A stretch of 64,000 nucleotides of DNA. It comes from a virus. The notes under the pieces are model-generated. The model saw only the letters and a program-made list of their open reading frames with translations, made no database searches and was not told the origin of the DNA. The DNA is taken from the IMG/VR virus record IMGVR_UViG_3300009152_000046, positions 2,425-66,424 of that record. One strand, given 5' to 3'. Below are positions 28,908 to 38,881 of the stretch, in pieces; the stretch's first letter is position 1; every line of letters starts with the position of its first letter. The position numbers and the translations under genes were made by a program.

Positions 28908-30463
28908 GTTAAGTCTATTTCTTTTTTGGCTATCTCAAATTTTTGATCCTTATAAATTATTTCACGTTCAGCTGCATGTTTTACCATATATCCATCTAAT
29001 TGATCTACTAGATCCCAAATGTAAACTTTATTTTTTTCAGCAAGTTTACGCATACCTCTACCTATCGACTGACGAATTGTAATTTCAGCTTTAGTCGATT
29101 CGGCAAAAACTATATGATGCACATTTTTAAGGTCAATTCCAGTAGAGAAGGTACCAAAAGATGCAACGATAATTACGCTGTTTTCGGCTTCCATTTTTTC
29201 TTTAAATAGATCGCGATCTGAAGACTCTACTTCACCATCAATATAAAAAGTGTTCTCATTCCATTCAGATATTTTCTGTTGAATCTTTTTACCATATCCA
29301 TTTTTTACATCTGAAAAAAGAATAAGAGTATTTTTATTTAGCTTTTGAATAAGGTCACTAATAAAATTAAGACGAGCTGCACTTTCAAAAAGAAAACCTC
29401 TTTCAATAGATAACATGTCTCTGCCGTAATCTTTAGCATTTTTGTACATGTCCTTTCCATCTTTCTTGAGTGCCCAATATTTTTGAAGGTATTCATCGTT
29501 TTGATCGTACCTAAGATTTAGGATTTGAATTTTAATATTTGGTGAATAACCATTATCAATTAAGTGTTTTGCAGAAAGTACCATTACTAGCGGACCGACA
29601 TTTTCCTGTACTCGATAAAAATCTGAAAACTTCTCGTCGATCTTTACTGTTCCAGAAAGACCCAATCGATATTTCCATTCAGTACATGCAAGAAGAATAT
29701 CTCGAATTACATTACCTCTACTCTTATGAGTTTCGTCAACGCAAACTACTGCAAATTTTTTGAATATTTCAGGTGCAAGATTTTGTAAACTCTGATAGGT
29801 AGAAATTACAACTTCGCACTCATCGAATTTTTCTTGCTTAAATTTATTATCGCCTCCGATTTGACAAATCTTCCATCCTTTTTTTCCAACTGAATAGAGA
29901 TCAAATTTATCGGCAGTCTGACCAACTAATGAAATATTTGGAACTATAATAAGTGCCTTGTTTTCAGGATCTATTTTTCTTGCGTCTCTTAAAAAAGAAT
30001 TATAAATATAGAAGATGAGAGTTTTACCAGCAGAGGTAGCTAACTCTTGAGTACAGAATCTATATTTGATTGCTCGGAATGCACCTTCGATCTGATAATC
30101 TCTAGGCACAATCGATAAACCTTTTTCGTCCACTACGCCACTTAAGAGAGATTCGACATATTTAAGATATTTGGTATTGTCTAATCCTAGATTTAGAAAG
30201 TCATCGATTCCGTCAATCTCACAGTCGTATCCATAAAGATCGGCAAAATTGTAAATCTCTTTCCAAAGACCGACTGCAATCTCTCCCTCCTTTGTAATAA
30301 AAGTATCACAACCATCCCAGATTCCACGATCAACCAAAACATTAAATGCGGCTTTTTTTGATTTCTTCTTAAAGAAGGAAAAAAGGTCTCGACGTTCAGA
30401 GTTGAGACTGAAATCAACTAACTTAATAAATTTTTTGTCTTGGGTAAGTTCGAACTTTAACAC
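28892..30463 (-). CDS. uvsW: SF2 DNA helicase, UvsW-like
   Basis: PRDYQ, ATSAGKT, VDETH, GLSGT, FSTGID and QSIGRGMR motifs. Confidence 0.9.
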   Translation of the reverse strand: MLKFELTQDKKFIKLVDFSLNSERRDLFSFFKKKSKKAAFNVLVDRGIWDGCDTFITKEGEIAVGLWKEIYNFADLYGYDCEIDGIDDFLNLGLDNTKYLKYVESLLSGVVDEKGLSIVPRDYQIEGAFRAIKYRFCTQELATSAGKTLIFYIYNSFLRDARKIDPENKALIIVPNISLVGQTADKFDLYSVGKKGWKICQIGGDNKFKQEKFDECEVVISTYQSLQNLAPEIFKKFAVVCVDETHKSRGNVIRDILLACTEWKYRLGLSGTVKIDEKFSDFYRVQENVGPLVMVLSAKHLIDNGYSPNIKIQILNLRYDQNDEYLQKYWALKKDGKDMYKNAKDYGRDMLSIERGFLFESAARLNFISDLIQKLNKNTLILFSDVKNGYGKKIQQKISEWNENTFYIDGEVESSDRDLFKEKMEAENSVIIVASFGTFSTGIDLKNVHHIVFAESTKAEITIRQSIGRGMRKLAEKNKVYIWDLVDQLDGYMVKHAAEREIIYKDQKFEIAKKEIDLTKKSS

Positions 30464-30477
30464 ATAGACTCATTTTT

Positions 30478-30924
30478 TTAAAGACCGAGAGTCTTTTCAA
30501 TATCTAACCTGGTTTTTATACCAAAGATGATATTATCAATTGTCTTGATTGATTCATTAAAGAATGAGACTTGATTTTCAAAGATTTCAAGATATTCCTT
30601 AGTGCTAGAGGTCTTGCCCTCAATTACAACGTTCTTTTCGTTAGATTGATAACGAAGTTGTAGGTTCTTTGAAAGATTTTCCATTACTTCTGCTTTTTCG
30701 TCCCTAAATTTTTTACGAAGCATAGTTATATGTTCTAAAAGAGTATGATTGTCCTCAAGGAGACGTTGTCTAAGTGAAAGCATGTTTACTTGAGCATCTT
30801 TTAGAGTCTTAAGATTAGAAAGCTTTTCGATATTTTCGTAGATTTCTTTAGAAACATCAGCTCTTCTTGCTTGGAATTTTTCAGCAATATTTTTCTTAGT
30901 ATCTTTGGATCCAGTTTCGCTCAT
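30478..30924 (-). CDS. recombination mediator, UvsY-like
   Basis: Helical 148 aa ending IKTIDNIIFGIKTRLDIEK; adjacent to uvsW. Confidence 0.55.
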   Translation of the reverse strand: MSETGSKDTKKNIAEKFQARRADVSKEIYENIEKLSNLKTLKDAQVNMLSLRQRLLEDNHTLLEHITMLRKKFRDEKAEVMENLSKNLQLRYQSNEKNVVIEGKTSSTKEYLEIFENQVSFFNESIKTIDNIIFGIKTRLDIEKTLGL

Positions 30925-30968
30925 GTTAATAAAAATTTAGAGTCTTATACTAAAGAAGACTAAAGAGT

Positions 30969-31463
30969 TTAGCCGACAAATTCAATGAATCGATAGTAAT
31001 GAGAACCTAATTTAAAGTAGTCTTCAGTACTAAAATCACTTGGAGTAAGAGAAGAAACGATCTCATTACCAAAATCGCTAGACGTTCCATCCTGAGAGTA
31101 TAGTGTAGAATACTCAGAACCGCCTTTACCTAGAATGATTTGTTTAATATCAAATTTTTCGTAAAGTCTCTTTATTTCAGTTCTAAAGTCTCGATCGCTG
31201 TCTAGAATAAAGAAAATCGATGGATACTTAAGTGACTTGCCGTCTCGCCTCATGATTGCAGTCTGCTGAATATAGTCAGTTTCATTAAAATATGAGTCTA
31301 GCGCATCATTATAACTATCAACTTTTCTAAACACTACAATAACAAAAGGTCTTTTTAATTGGATTGCATCTCGAACATCAGTCCAAGTGTGAGAAGTCTC
31401 AGCACCAGCTGTTTTTAGGTCCCTGGTGTAATCTTCGAATAATTTTATGAACTTTTGAGGCAA
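30969..31463 (-). CDS. hypothetical late protein
   Basis: Late promoter at 31482-31489 (-); IKLFEDY motif. Confidence 0.6.
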   Translation of the reverse strand: MPQKFIKLFEDYTRDLKTAGAETSHTWTDVRDAIQLKRPFVIVVFRKVDSYNDALDSYFNETDYIQQTAIMRRDGKSLKYPSIFFILDSDRDFRTEIKRLYEKFDIKQIILGKGGSEYSTLYSQDGTSSDFGNEIVSSLTPSDFSTEDYFKLGSHYYRFIEFVG

Positions 31464-31517
31464 TTTCGTTAAAACTTTTTATTATTTATCAATACAAGAC
31501 AGCATAATCATAACTAA

Positions 31518-32093
31518 ATGGACAAAGTAACAAGACTACAAGTATTTGATTTTGATGATACTTTATTTAGAATTCCGACCTACACCAGTAAGATACACTT
31601 AGAAGGCTTGGGCTATACATTTAATGATCTCTATGAGTTTTACGATCATAATATTTCGTTAGACGAGTCGCTACACAACATTCAACTAATTGGTCCAGTG
31701 TACGATGCATGGAAAGAAGGAAAAGATGATCCTGCATGTATGCAGCTCTTAATTACTCATCGAGTGACTGCAGTAGAAGATGCACTCATGAAAGTCTTGG
31801 ATAAGAGAGACATGAGTTTCGATAAAATCTTTATCCTGAGCAGAAAGACTGAAAAGGTTGACTCTATGAAAGAAGTGATGAGTATTTTGCCTAACCTGGA
31901 GACAATCGAAATATATGAGGACTCAATAGATCAAATAATAAGATACCAAGAAAACTGTCAACGCATCAATAATTTATTGTATATTGATAAAAAGCCCTAT
32001 TTGAATATTAAGATTTATATTGTTGATAAATCTAAAATGTACCGGATAGAAAATGTAAAACTTTCAGAAAAGAAGAGAATAACGCTAATATGA
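31518..32093 (+). CDS. HAD-family phosphatase (Swiss-Army-Knife-like)
   Basis: VFDFDDTLF, LITHR and IYEDS motifs. Confidence 0.75.
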   Translation: MDKVTRLQVFDFDDTLFRIPTYTSKIHLEGLGYTFNDLYEFYDHNISLDESLHNIQLIGPVYDAWKEGKDDPACMQLLITHRVTAVEDALMKVLDKRDMSFDKIFILSRKTEKVDSMKEVMSILPNLETIEIYEDSIDQIIRYQENCQRINNLLYIDKKPYLNIKIYIVDKSKMYRIENVKLSEKKRITLI

Positions 32094-32686
32094 TAATTTT
32101 TATAGAAGGGCCGCGGCACACTGGCAAGACCCACTTGATGGAAGAGTTCTTTAAACAGAACCAGAATCCAAATGTTCTCTATTATAAATTTGCTTTTGCA
32201 AAGTATATTGAAGAACTTGGTATGAGAGACCAGGAAACTGGTCCAGGAGTACACTATTTTAGTATTGCAAACGTATTAACTATCCTAGAATTAAATAAAG
32301 AGATCTTAAAAGACAAAGTTATTGTATTCGATCGTTCTATTTTTTCAGCGTACGTCTGGTCGATCTATCGGGAACGAATGGATAAGCAGAGATTACTAAA
32401 CGAGTTTGAAAAAGTGCTAGATAGTGACCTCTATCAAAACTGCGCTCTAGTATATTTGACTAGAAAAGAGATGGAGACTCCAGAAAAGAGGGACAAAGAC
32501 TATTTTGGTAATTTCGAAAACTATGATGCTGAGAAAAAGGTTTTTGAAGAAGTATTAGAGATGGCCAGTCAATATACATCAGATTCAAGCAAAAGAAACT
32601 TTAATATTATGTACTTAAACAACTTTGATACTAAGAGCGTGGCTCTTTTTTGTCAGATGCTCAATGACATAGCAAATCTAGGCTAA
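32090..32686 (+). CDS. P-loop nucleotide monophosphate kinase (dTMP-kinase-like)
   Basis: IEGPRHTGKT and FDRSIFSAYVW motifs. Confidence 0.75.
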   Translation: MIIFIEGPRHTGKTHLMEEFFKQNQNPNVLYYKFAFAKYIEELGMRDQETGPGVHYFSIANVLTILELNKEILKDKVIVFDRSIFSAYVWSIYRERMDKQRLLNEFEKVLDSDLYQNCALVYLTRKEMETPEKRDKDYFGNFENYDAEKKVFEEVLEMASQYTSDSSKRNFNIMYLNNFDTKSVALFCQMLNDIANLG

Positions 32687-32719
32687 TCTTCTTTAATAAA
32701 TAATAAAAAACTATTTAAA

Positions 32720-33289
32720 ATGGCTAAAGATATTAAGCTCTTTACTCAATACCTTAAAGAGGAAGAGGAAAAATCGGGAAATGCAGACCGTCCATTAAAA
32801 GGCTACACATCAGATCAAATTATTGGCAGAATTGGTGATTTAATGGAAATCCTGTCAGATGATATACGTTTTGGTGTCCCTTCTGATACTTTAGGCAGAG
32901 CTACAACTTATCGTGATGCAAATGGAGCAATCCAGAAAATCAAAGACATGCAGCACTATTACGATAGTAAAAATGAGGATATACGTTTCTATTGCTGGTC
33001 AATCAGTTACAATGGAAGCTGGAAAGCAACTAAAAATTTAAAACAAAAAATAGAAGCTGCTGGTGGATTCGGAGAAGAAAAGTTGAATATGAACTTAAAG
33101 AAAATTATTTCATACTTCACTGAAAACGCAGAGGATTCAGATAACGTTCGCAGTATCTCAATTAGTATGGATGCACTAAGCATTAGGAAAGCAATGAGCA
33201 AAGAAGAAGAACCGATTGAGGGAGAAAAAGTGTCGGCTGAGGCACCAGCTCCTACACCAAACGAACAACCAACTGAAACTCCAGCATAA
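32720..33289 (+). CDS. hypothetical late protein
   Basis: Late promoter at 32696; IKLFTQYLKEE motif. Confidence 0.65.
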   Translation: MAKDIKLFTQYLKEEEEKSGNADRPLKGYTSDQIIGRIGDLMEILSDDIRFGVPSDTLGRATTYRDANGAIQKIKDMQHYYDSKNEDIRFYCWSISYNGSWKATKNLKQKIEAAGGFGEEKLNMNLKKIISYFTENAEDSDNVRSISISMDALSIRKAMSKEEEPIEGEKVSAEAPAPTPNEQPTETPA

Positions 33290-33297
33290 TATAAATC

Positions 33298-35226
33298 ATG
33301 GCAGGTATAAACAATTTAAAGGAAGTTTACGAAAAAAGAGGTGAAGATTTTTTAAAGAATCTTCTGAATAGTTATGTCATCATCAATGAAAAAGTAGATG
33401 GTACCTTTTTTGGAGTAAAGAAGAGCAAGAACGATCAATTCAGATATTTTAAAAAATCTGGAGAGATTAGTTATGTTGATCGAGTATTGATGAAATACTA
33501 TAATTCAGCGATTGCATATTTTGAACAAATTTCTCCTGAAAAAAGACAGAGGATTCCGGCTAATTTCTATTTTGGATTTGAGTATTTTACAAACGGTGAT
33601 TCCCTAAATCATAGATATGACCGGCTTCCAAAAAACAATTTAGTCCTTTCTTATATCCATAAATTGGATGATTCTGGAGCAGTTGTTTCGACTATTCAAA
33701 ATAAAGAGCAACTTGACAAATGGGCAGATTATCTTGGAGTAGAGAGACCGCCAATTATTTTCGAAGGTAACTTAACAGATGAACAAAAAACTGCAATCCT
33801 TGAATTTGTGTATGCACCATCTGAGGAGTTATTTAGTAAATTTAAAACTCGATCATTCACTAAATATATTTTATCAATATTAAATGATGAGCAGTCTTCT
33901 TCATTTTTAAAAGACACTGCAAACGGCAGTATTGATACTATCGTTTTTAGATTTTATGACGAAAATGTAGAGGATCCAGAAGCAGCAGTGTTTCTTGCAA
34001 AAATGGTCGACCCTATCTTTAATCATGAAAAAACAGTTAAACCAAAAGAAAATAAATCGCAAGATTATATTTGGCTTATTGTAATTGACGTGATGAACCA
34101 TTTCGAAATGTATGACGTTGCTGATTTGAAGAAAATGGCAAGTGTCGGAAATACATTTGACGAAAAATACGTTGCGCTAATAAATACAATGTTCAAGGAT
34201 TTTATTAAAGAATATTCTGGAAAATATGAAGGTCTTCGCCTTGAGATTCCAGACTATTTAAAGAGACCTGAATTTGAATTGGATAAAACTCTCGTTAACG
34301 ATCCAGCAGTAATTAAGTTATTAAAGGACGACACTTATTCTGAGATCTATAAAATACTTTTAAATTTCTTTAGAAGAAATAGAAAGAACTCTTCATCTGG
34401 CTTTTTTACTCCTGAGTTATTGACTCAACTTAATTTGATCGTTAATAAGATTAGGAACGTTATTATGGGCGATGAAGTATATGAGAGTTTATTTCCTAGC
34501 TTTAGCGAATTTGTTGGAACCAATGGTGACGATTCAATGTTAAGTGAAAAAGAAGTTGCTGAAGGTAAGCATAAAAAACCGGTGCAAACTGAAGTTAACT
34601 TATTGATTGGTAATTTTCAACCAATTACAATGGGTCATATTAAAGCGGCTCAAAAATTAAAAGAAAAGAATGATTGTAAAACAGTATTCGTTGCAATCAA
34701 ACCTGAAAATCCAACTCAAAAATCTCCGTTCTCAGTAAGAGAAACAAGAGTAATGCTTGAAAAGGTTCAGCAAGAATATCCTGATCTAATTACTGATATT
34801 TGCTTAATTAAGTCTGGACAAATTGAAGAAATATTAGACGCGCTACAGCCAAAGTATAAACCATTATTATGGGGAACATCTGAGCGTCGTCTCAAAGATT
34901 ATGTTCTACAATTAGATTATATTAAAAAGAAGAGTATTCCTTTACGATTAGACAAAGGATTTAAACTTGTTGAATTACCGGTTTTTGTAAAATCAGAAGA
35001 TGTAGTAAACTCAATTGTAAAATCTGATTTTGCAGAATTTAAAAAACTAGTACCTACCTCGATAGCCTCTGAATTTTTTAATCTACAAAAAGAATTAGAA
35101 AAGAGCGTAAGCGAAGAAGTTAAACCAGCTTCAAAATTTAGCGCAATTTTTGAAAATCAAGATATTGTAGCCGATGTAGTTGATTCTGATGATACAGAAG
35201 AAGATATTACGAAGGAAGATATTTAA
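33298..35226 (+). CDS. RNA-ligase-like domain fused to a cytidyltransferase-like (HIGH) domain
   Basis: INEKVDG (ligase motif I) and FGFEY; C-terminal GNFQPITMGH...KSPF. Confidence 0.6.
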   Translation: MAGINNLKEVYEKRGEDFLKNLLNSYVIINEKVDGTFFGVKKSKNDQFRYFKKSGEISYVDRVLMKYYNSAIAYFEQISPEKRQRIPANFYFGFEYFTNGDSLNHRYDRLPKNNLVLSYIHKLDDSGAVVSTIQNKEQLDKWADYLGVERPPIIFEGNLTDEQKTAILEFVYAPSEELFSKFKTRSFTKYILSILNDEQSSSFLKDTANGSIDTIVFRFYDENVEDPEAAVFLAKMVDPIFNHEKTVKPKENKSQDYIWLIVIDVMNHFEMYDVADLKKMASVGNTFDEKYVALINTMFKDFIKEYSGKYEGLRLEIPDYLKRPEFELDKTLVNDPAVIKLLKDDTYSEIYKILLNFFRRNRKNSSSGFFTPELLTQLNLIVNKIRNVIMGDEVYESLFPSFSEFVGTNGDDSMLSEKEVAEGKHKKPVQTEVNLLIGNFQPITMGHIKAAQKLKEKNDCKTVFVAIKPENPTQKSPFSVRETRVMLEKVQQEYPDLITDICLIKSGQIEEILDALQPKYKPLLWGTSERRLKDYVLQLDYIKKKSIPLRLDKGFKLVELPVFVKSEDVVNSIVKSDFAEFKKLVPTSIASEFFNLQKELEKSVSEEVKPASKFSAIFENQDIVADVVDSDDTEEDITKEDI

Positions 35227-35276
35227 AACTTTATATTCATAAAAGAATATAAGAATTATAAATTTGTAAAGCACTA

Positions 35277-36848
35277 ATGAAGTTTACTGAACTAGAAGAC
35301 GCGGACATTGAATATATTGCAGAGACATATTTCAATAAATCTATTTCTTGGGATCAACGCCTAGATTTACTTGCGCAAAGATTTAAAAGATCTGAACGAA
35401 CAATACAGCACTGGATTGCAAAACTTGGATATAGTACTAAACAAGTCGAGGAGTCACCTCAATTAATTGCAGCAAAAGCAAAAGAATTTAATCGCGAAAA
35501 AAAGAGATTTATTATAACTTGGGCACAGAATGATACTCCTGTGAATGAAGAGTTTATTGTAAATCTTGAAAAATACGCAGAATTCGTTGATGCAGACATT
35601 CATGTTATTGCAGGTCGCTATAAAAATCCAACCTCAGTATTTACTGATAAAAATTACGAAACCTGGTCAGATAGAATTATTGATTACCTAGATGCAAATC
35701 GTCACGATGTGCATAAGTATCTTTCAATTATGTCAGACGTAAAGATTCAGCCGACCGCAGTAGACCCAATGACTGGTTTACAAGGAATGAGCGGAATTAA
35801 CTCATGTGTGTTTGGTTCGCCGCGCGTACAATTAGAAACCATCCCAGTATTAGAAGGAAATCGTCCAAAAATGATGGTTACTACTGGTGCGTGTACAGTT
35901 TCAAATTATACTGACTCTAAGTCCGGTAAAAAGGGAGAATTTCATCACACGTTAGGATTTGTTATTATTGAAATAAAGGACGACGATAAATTCTTTATTC
36001 GTCAAGTAACTGCAACTGATGGTGGAAACTTTACTGATCTCTATCACAATGTTACATACAATTTAGTTACTCAAGAAAGTGTTATCACTAGAGTAACTAG
36101 TGTAGCGGCAATCGTTTGGGGAGATATCCATTACGGCAAACATGATCAGCGTGTATTTGATTCTACCTTTGACTTAATGGCAAAGATCCACCCAGAATAC
36201 GTTGTCTTACATGATGTATTTGACGGCGATTCAATTAACCATCATGAAATAAAGGATCCGTTTATTCAATATGAAAAGGAGATGAGCGGAGCAAACTCAT
36301 TGAAACGAGAGATTGATGAATTATTAGTTGGACTAGAAGAATTTCAAGACTATAATGTAATTGTAGTTCGCAGTAATCATGATGATTTCGTAGATCGGTG
36401 GTTGAAGGACACTGATTGGAGAAGAACAGTTACTCCAAAGAATTCTTTAGAATATATGCAGTTCGCAGCGGCGATCCTGAGTAAAGAAGCACCAAATGGA
36501 GTAATTCCATATGTTATCAATAAGAAGTTCCCTCAGTTTAAAACTCTAGGCCGCGGGGATAGCTTTATTATAAAAGATTGGGAACTCGGTCAACATGGAG
36601 ATATTGGTTCAGGCGGAAGTCGAGGATCTCTTTTACAATTTAGAAAATTAAACACAAAGATAGTAGTAGGACATTACCACTCTCCTGGTAGAAAGGATGG
36701 AGCACTAGCTGTCGGAACCTCAACTCACCTTAGAATAGGATATAATAGAGGAGCCAGTAGCTGGTTACAGTCACATGTGATTATTCATAATGATGGAAAA
36801 GCTCAACATATCCATTTTATCGGAGGAGAATATACTACCTTAAAATAA
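35277..36848 (+). CDS. metallophosphoesterase with N-terminal HTH (T5 A1-like family)
   Basis: GDIH, HDVFDG, SNHD, QHGD and GHYHSP motifs. Confidence 0.7.
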   Translation: MKFTELEDADIEYIAETYFNKSISWDQRLDLLAQRFKRSERTIQHWIAKLGYSTKQVEESPQLIAAKAKEFNREKKRFIITWAQNDTPVNEEFIVNLEKYAEFVDADIHVIAGRYKNPTSVFTDKNYETWSDRIIDYLDANRHDVHKYLSIMSDVKIQPTAVDPMTGLQGMSGINSCVFGSPRVQLETIPVLEGNRPKMMVTTGACTVSNYTDSKSGKKGEFHHTLGFVIIEIKDDDKFFIRQVTATDGGNFTDLYHNVTYNLVTQESVITRVTSVAAIVWGDIHYGKHDQRVFDSTFDLMAKIHPEYVVLHDVFDGDSINHHEIKDPFIQYEKEMSGANSLKREIDELLVGLEEFQDYNVIVVRSNHDDFVDRWLKDTDWRRTVTPKNSLEYMQFAAAILSKEAPNGVIPYVINKKFPQFKTLGRGDSFIIKDWELGQHGDIGSGGSRGSLLQFRKLNTKIVVGHYHSPGRKDGALAVGTSTHLRIGYNRGASSWLQSHVIIHNDGKAQHIHFIGGEYTTLK

Positions 36849-36857
36849 TCACAGGCC

Positions 36858-37052
36858 GTGAAACATGAAAAACCAGAAAGTTGGAAAAACTTAGAAAACT
36901 ACAGAAAGGGTAAAGAACAGTTAAAAAATGCAATAGTTCAGCACCCAGACGACGAACCCAAGACTTCAATCTACGATTATGTCAAAAAGAACGTTAATCG
37001 AAAGCTATGGGTGATACCATTTGACAAATTTAAAAGAAAAGGCGGTAAATAA
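36858..37052 (+). CDS. small hypothetical protein
   Basis: 64 aa; GTG start. Confidence 0.5.
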   Translation: MKHEKPESWKNLENYRKGKEQLKNAIVQHPDDEPKTSIYDYVKKNVNRKLWVIPFDKFKRKGGK

Positions 37053-37067
37053 CTGCCTTTCTTTTTT
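37034..37067 (+). terminator. intrinsic terminator
   Basis: AAAGGCGGT-aaata-ACTGCCTTT followed by a T-tract. Confidence 0.65.
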
Positions 37068-37099
37068 ATGATAAATAACTAAAATATAGCGTATACACA

Positions 37100-38827
37100 A
37101 TGACGTTTTCCAAATACTTATTCACACTTTTAAACAAAGATAGACTTATCGTTGAAAATGCAGGTGCTCCAAGTAGCCCAGTAATAGATGTTGACTCGAT
37201 CAAAAATCAAATTGAGTCCGGCGTCGGTGGTGATATTACGCAAAAGGATGCGGTTACTGCATCTTTTGAGGCCCTTGAGAAGGCATTTGACTCAATTCCA
37301 TTAGATTATTTAGAAAAAGCTGAAAATCCTGGGCTAGAAGACATTTTTACTGAACTTGCTAAGTCAGATAAGCTTGATTTTCTAGAAAAATATGCCCAAA
37401 ATGAGAAAAATGCGATCGAGGGAGTTGCAAAATCGATGGAAACCATTGATAAGGAACGTGATGAAGTAAAATTCATAAATTATCTTCGTGACTATTCTAA
37501 TATTTCAGAAAGATTACTTAAAATTTACAGACTTTGCGCTGGCCAGATCGGTTTATCGCTAACTGAGGCAGTAAATTTAGAGCCTGAAGTAAAGAGTAAA
37601 GTAGAACGTATTATCAAATTAAGTAAAGAGGGTGCAGCTAGTACCTGGAAGAAGATCTTAGATGCTGAAGCTAAAAATATTGATTCTTTACCAGAAACTC
37701 CAGAAGGAGCACAAAAGTTTTATGAGTATAAAGACTTATTAGAACTACTTGGACTTACTCAATTCCTAAAGGATGCACTTGCAGCAAAAGAAAAGGAGGT
37801 AGCTGCAAAAGAAAAGCCAGAAAGCGTAAGCACCAAACGAAAAAAGAGAATTATTGATAATCGTCTTATTAAAGGTATTCAGTATGCTGAACTACCAGTA
37901 ATTTCAAATGATATTGCGGAAGTTCCGGGTGATCTTTTCAAAATGTTTAAAGCTCTAGAGAAACAAAATTCTGCATGGATGAACTCTTCACTAAGTAAGT
38001 ATGTGTTTGCGGCCGGCGATTCAGCTAGAGCAAAGGAATTTGATACTACTGCTCGACAAACGGAAAGCGTTAAAGAAGAAGATCAGCTGGCCTATTTAAT
38101 GGCATGCCGTTCATGGTCACTAAGCTATATTAAAGGTTTAGTTGATGGAGATCTTACTGAAAAGGAAGAGTCAAATTATGTAACTAAACTTGAAAATGTT
38201 TCTTCTGAAAAAGAAAGAGAAATTAAAAATTATTACCTATCTAGAGATTTTAATCTTGGTAACTTCGGTGGAGTTCAACTTACACCAGAAATTAGATTAC
38301 CTTTATACGCTAGAGTAAAATTACCAGTAACTGATGAGGACCGTAAAAAAGAAAGTCCACTAAGAAATATATTAAAAGGGCTTGGTCAAATTGTGACTGG
38401 TTTATTTGGTGCAATTCCAGATAAAGGAAATGAAGCAGTTGCAAAAATGGCAAGAAACAGAAACCTTGCAATATTTAATGGACTCAATGCGATCGTTAAA
38501 GGAACAGTTACTGCAGTCGGTGGAAAACAGGCAGGTCGTGATTATTCTGAAAAAGTAGATAAACTTGTTCCTGGTAAAGCAGTAGTTAAGGAGGATATGC
38601 TTTCTCTAGGCGATGCACCAGGAGTAGTTGTAGTAAATCCAGAATCTCCAGGTCAAGTAATGCAAACGCCGGACTCTCTACCTGGTAATAATATGGATAT
38701 TTTTTCTTTAGCTGGACCGGGTAAAAAAATTACCTCGACTAAGAAAAGTAAAAAGAAGAGCAAGAAAAAAGCGGCTAAAGTTAATCATATAGTTTCTAGC
38801 TTTTCAGACTTTATGCAGCGCAAGTAA
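37100..38827 (+). CDS. large helical late/virion protein
   Basis: Late promoter at 37071; C-terminal VSSFSDFM motif. Confidence 0.65.
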   Translation: MTFSKYLFTLLNKDRLIVENAGAPSSPVIDVDSIKNQIESGVGGDITQKDAVTASFEALEKAFDSIPLDYLEKAENPGLEDIFTELAKSDKLDFLEKYAQNEKNAIEGVAKSMETIDKERDEVKFINYLRDYSNISERLLKIYRLCAGQIGLSLTEAVNLEPEVKSKVERIIKLSKEGAASTWKKILDAEAKNIDSLPETPEGAQKFYEYKDLLELLGLTQFLKDALAAKEKEVAAKEKPESVSTKRKKRIIDNRLIKGIQYAELPVISNDIAEVPGDLFKMFKALEKQNSAWMNSSLSKYVFAAGDSARAKEFDTTARQTESVKEEDQLAYLMACRSWSLSYIKGLVDGDLTEKEESNYVTKLENVSSEKEREIKNYYLSRDFNLGNFGGVQLTPEIRLPLYARVKLPVTDEDRKKESPLRNILKGLGQIVTGLFGAIPDKGNEAVAKMARNRNLAIFNGLNAIVKGTVTAVGGKQAGRDYSEKVDKLVPGKAVVKEDMLSLGDAPGVVVVNPESPGQVMQTPDSLPGNNMDIFSLAGPGKKITSTKKSKKKSKKKAAKVNHIVSSFSDFMQRK

Positions 38828-38881
38828 TCGTATGCAGCATAATTTTACAATTACAATAAATAATAAAAAGAAATATAGTAA

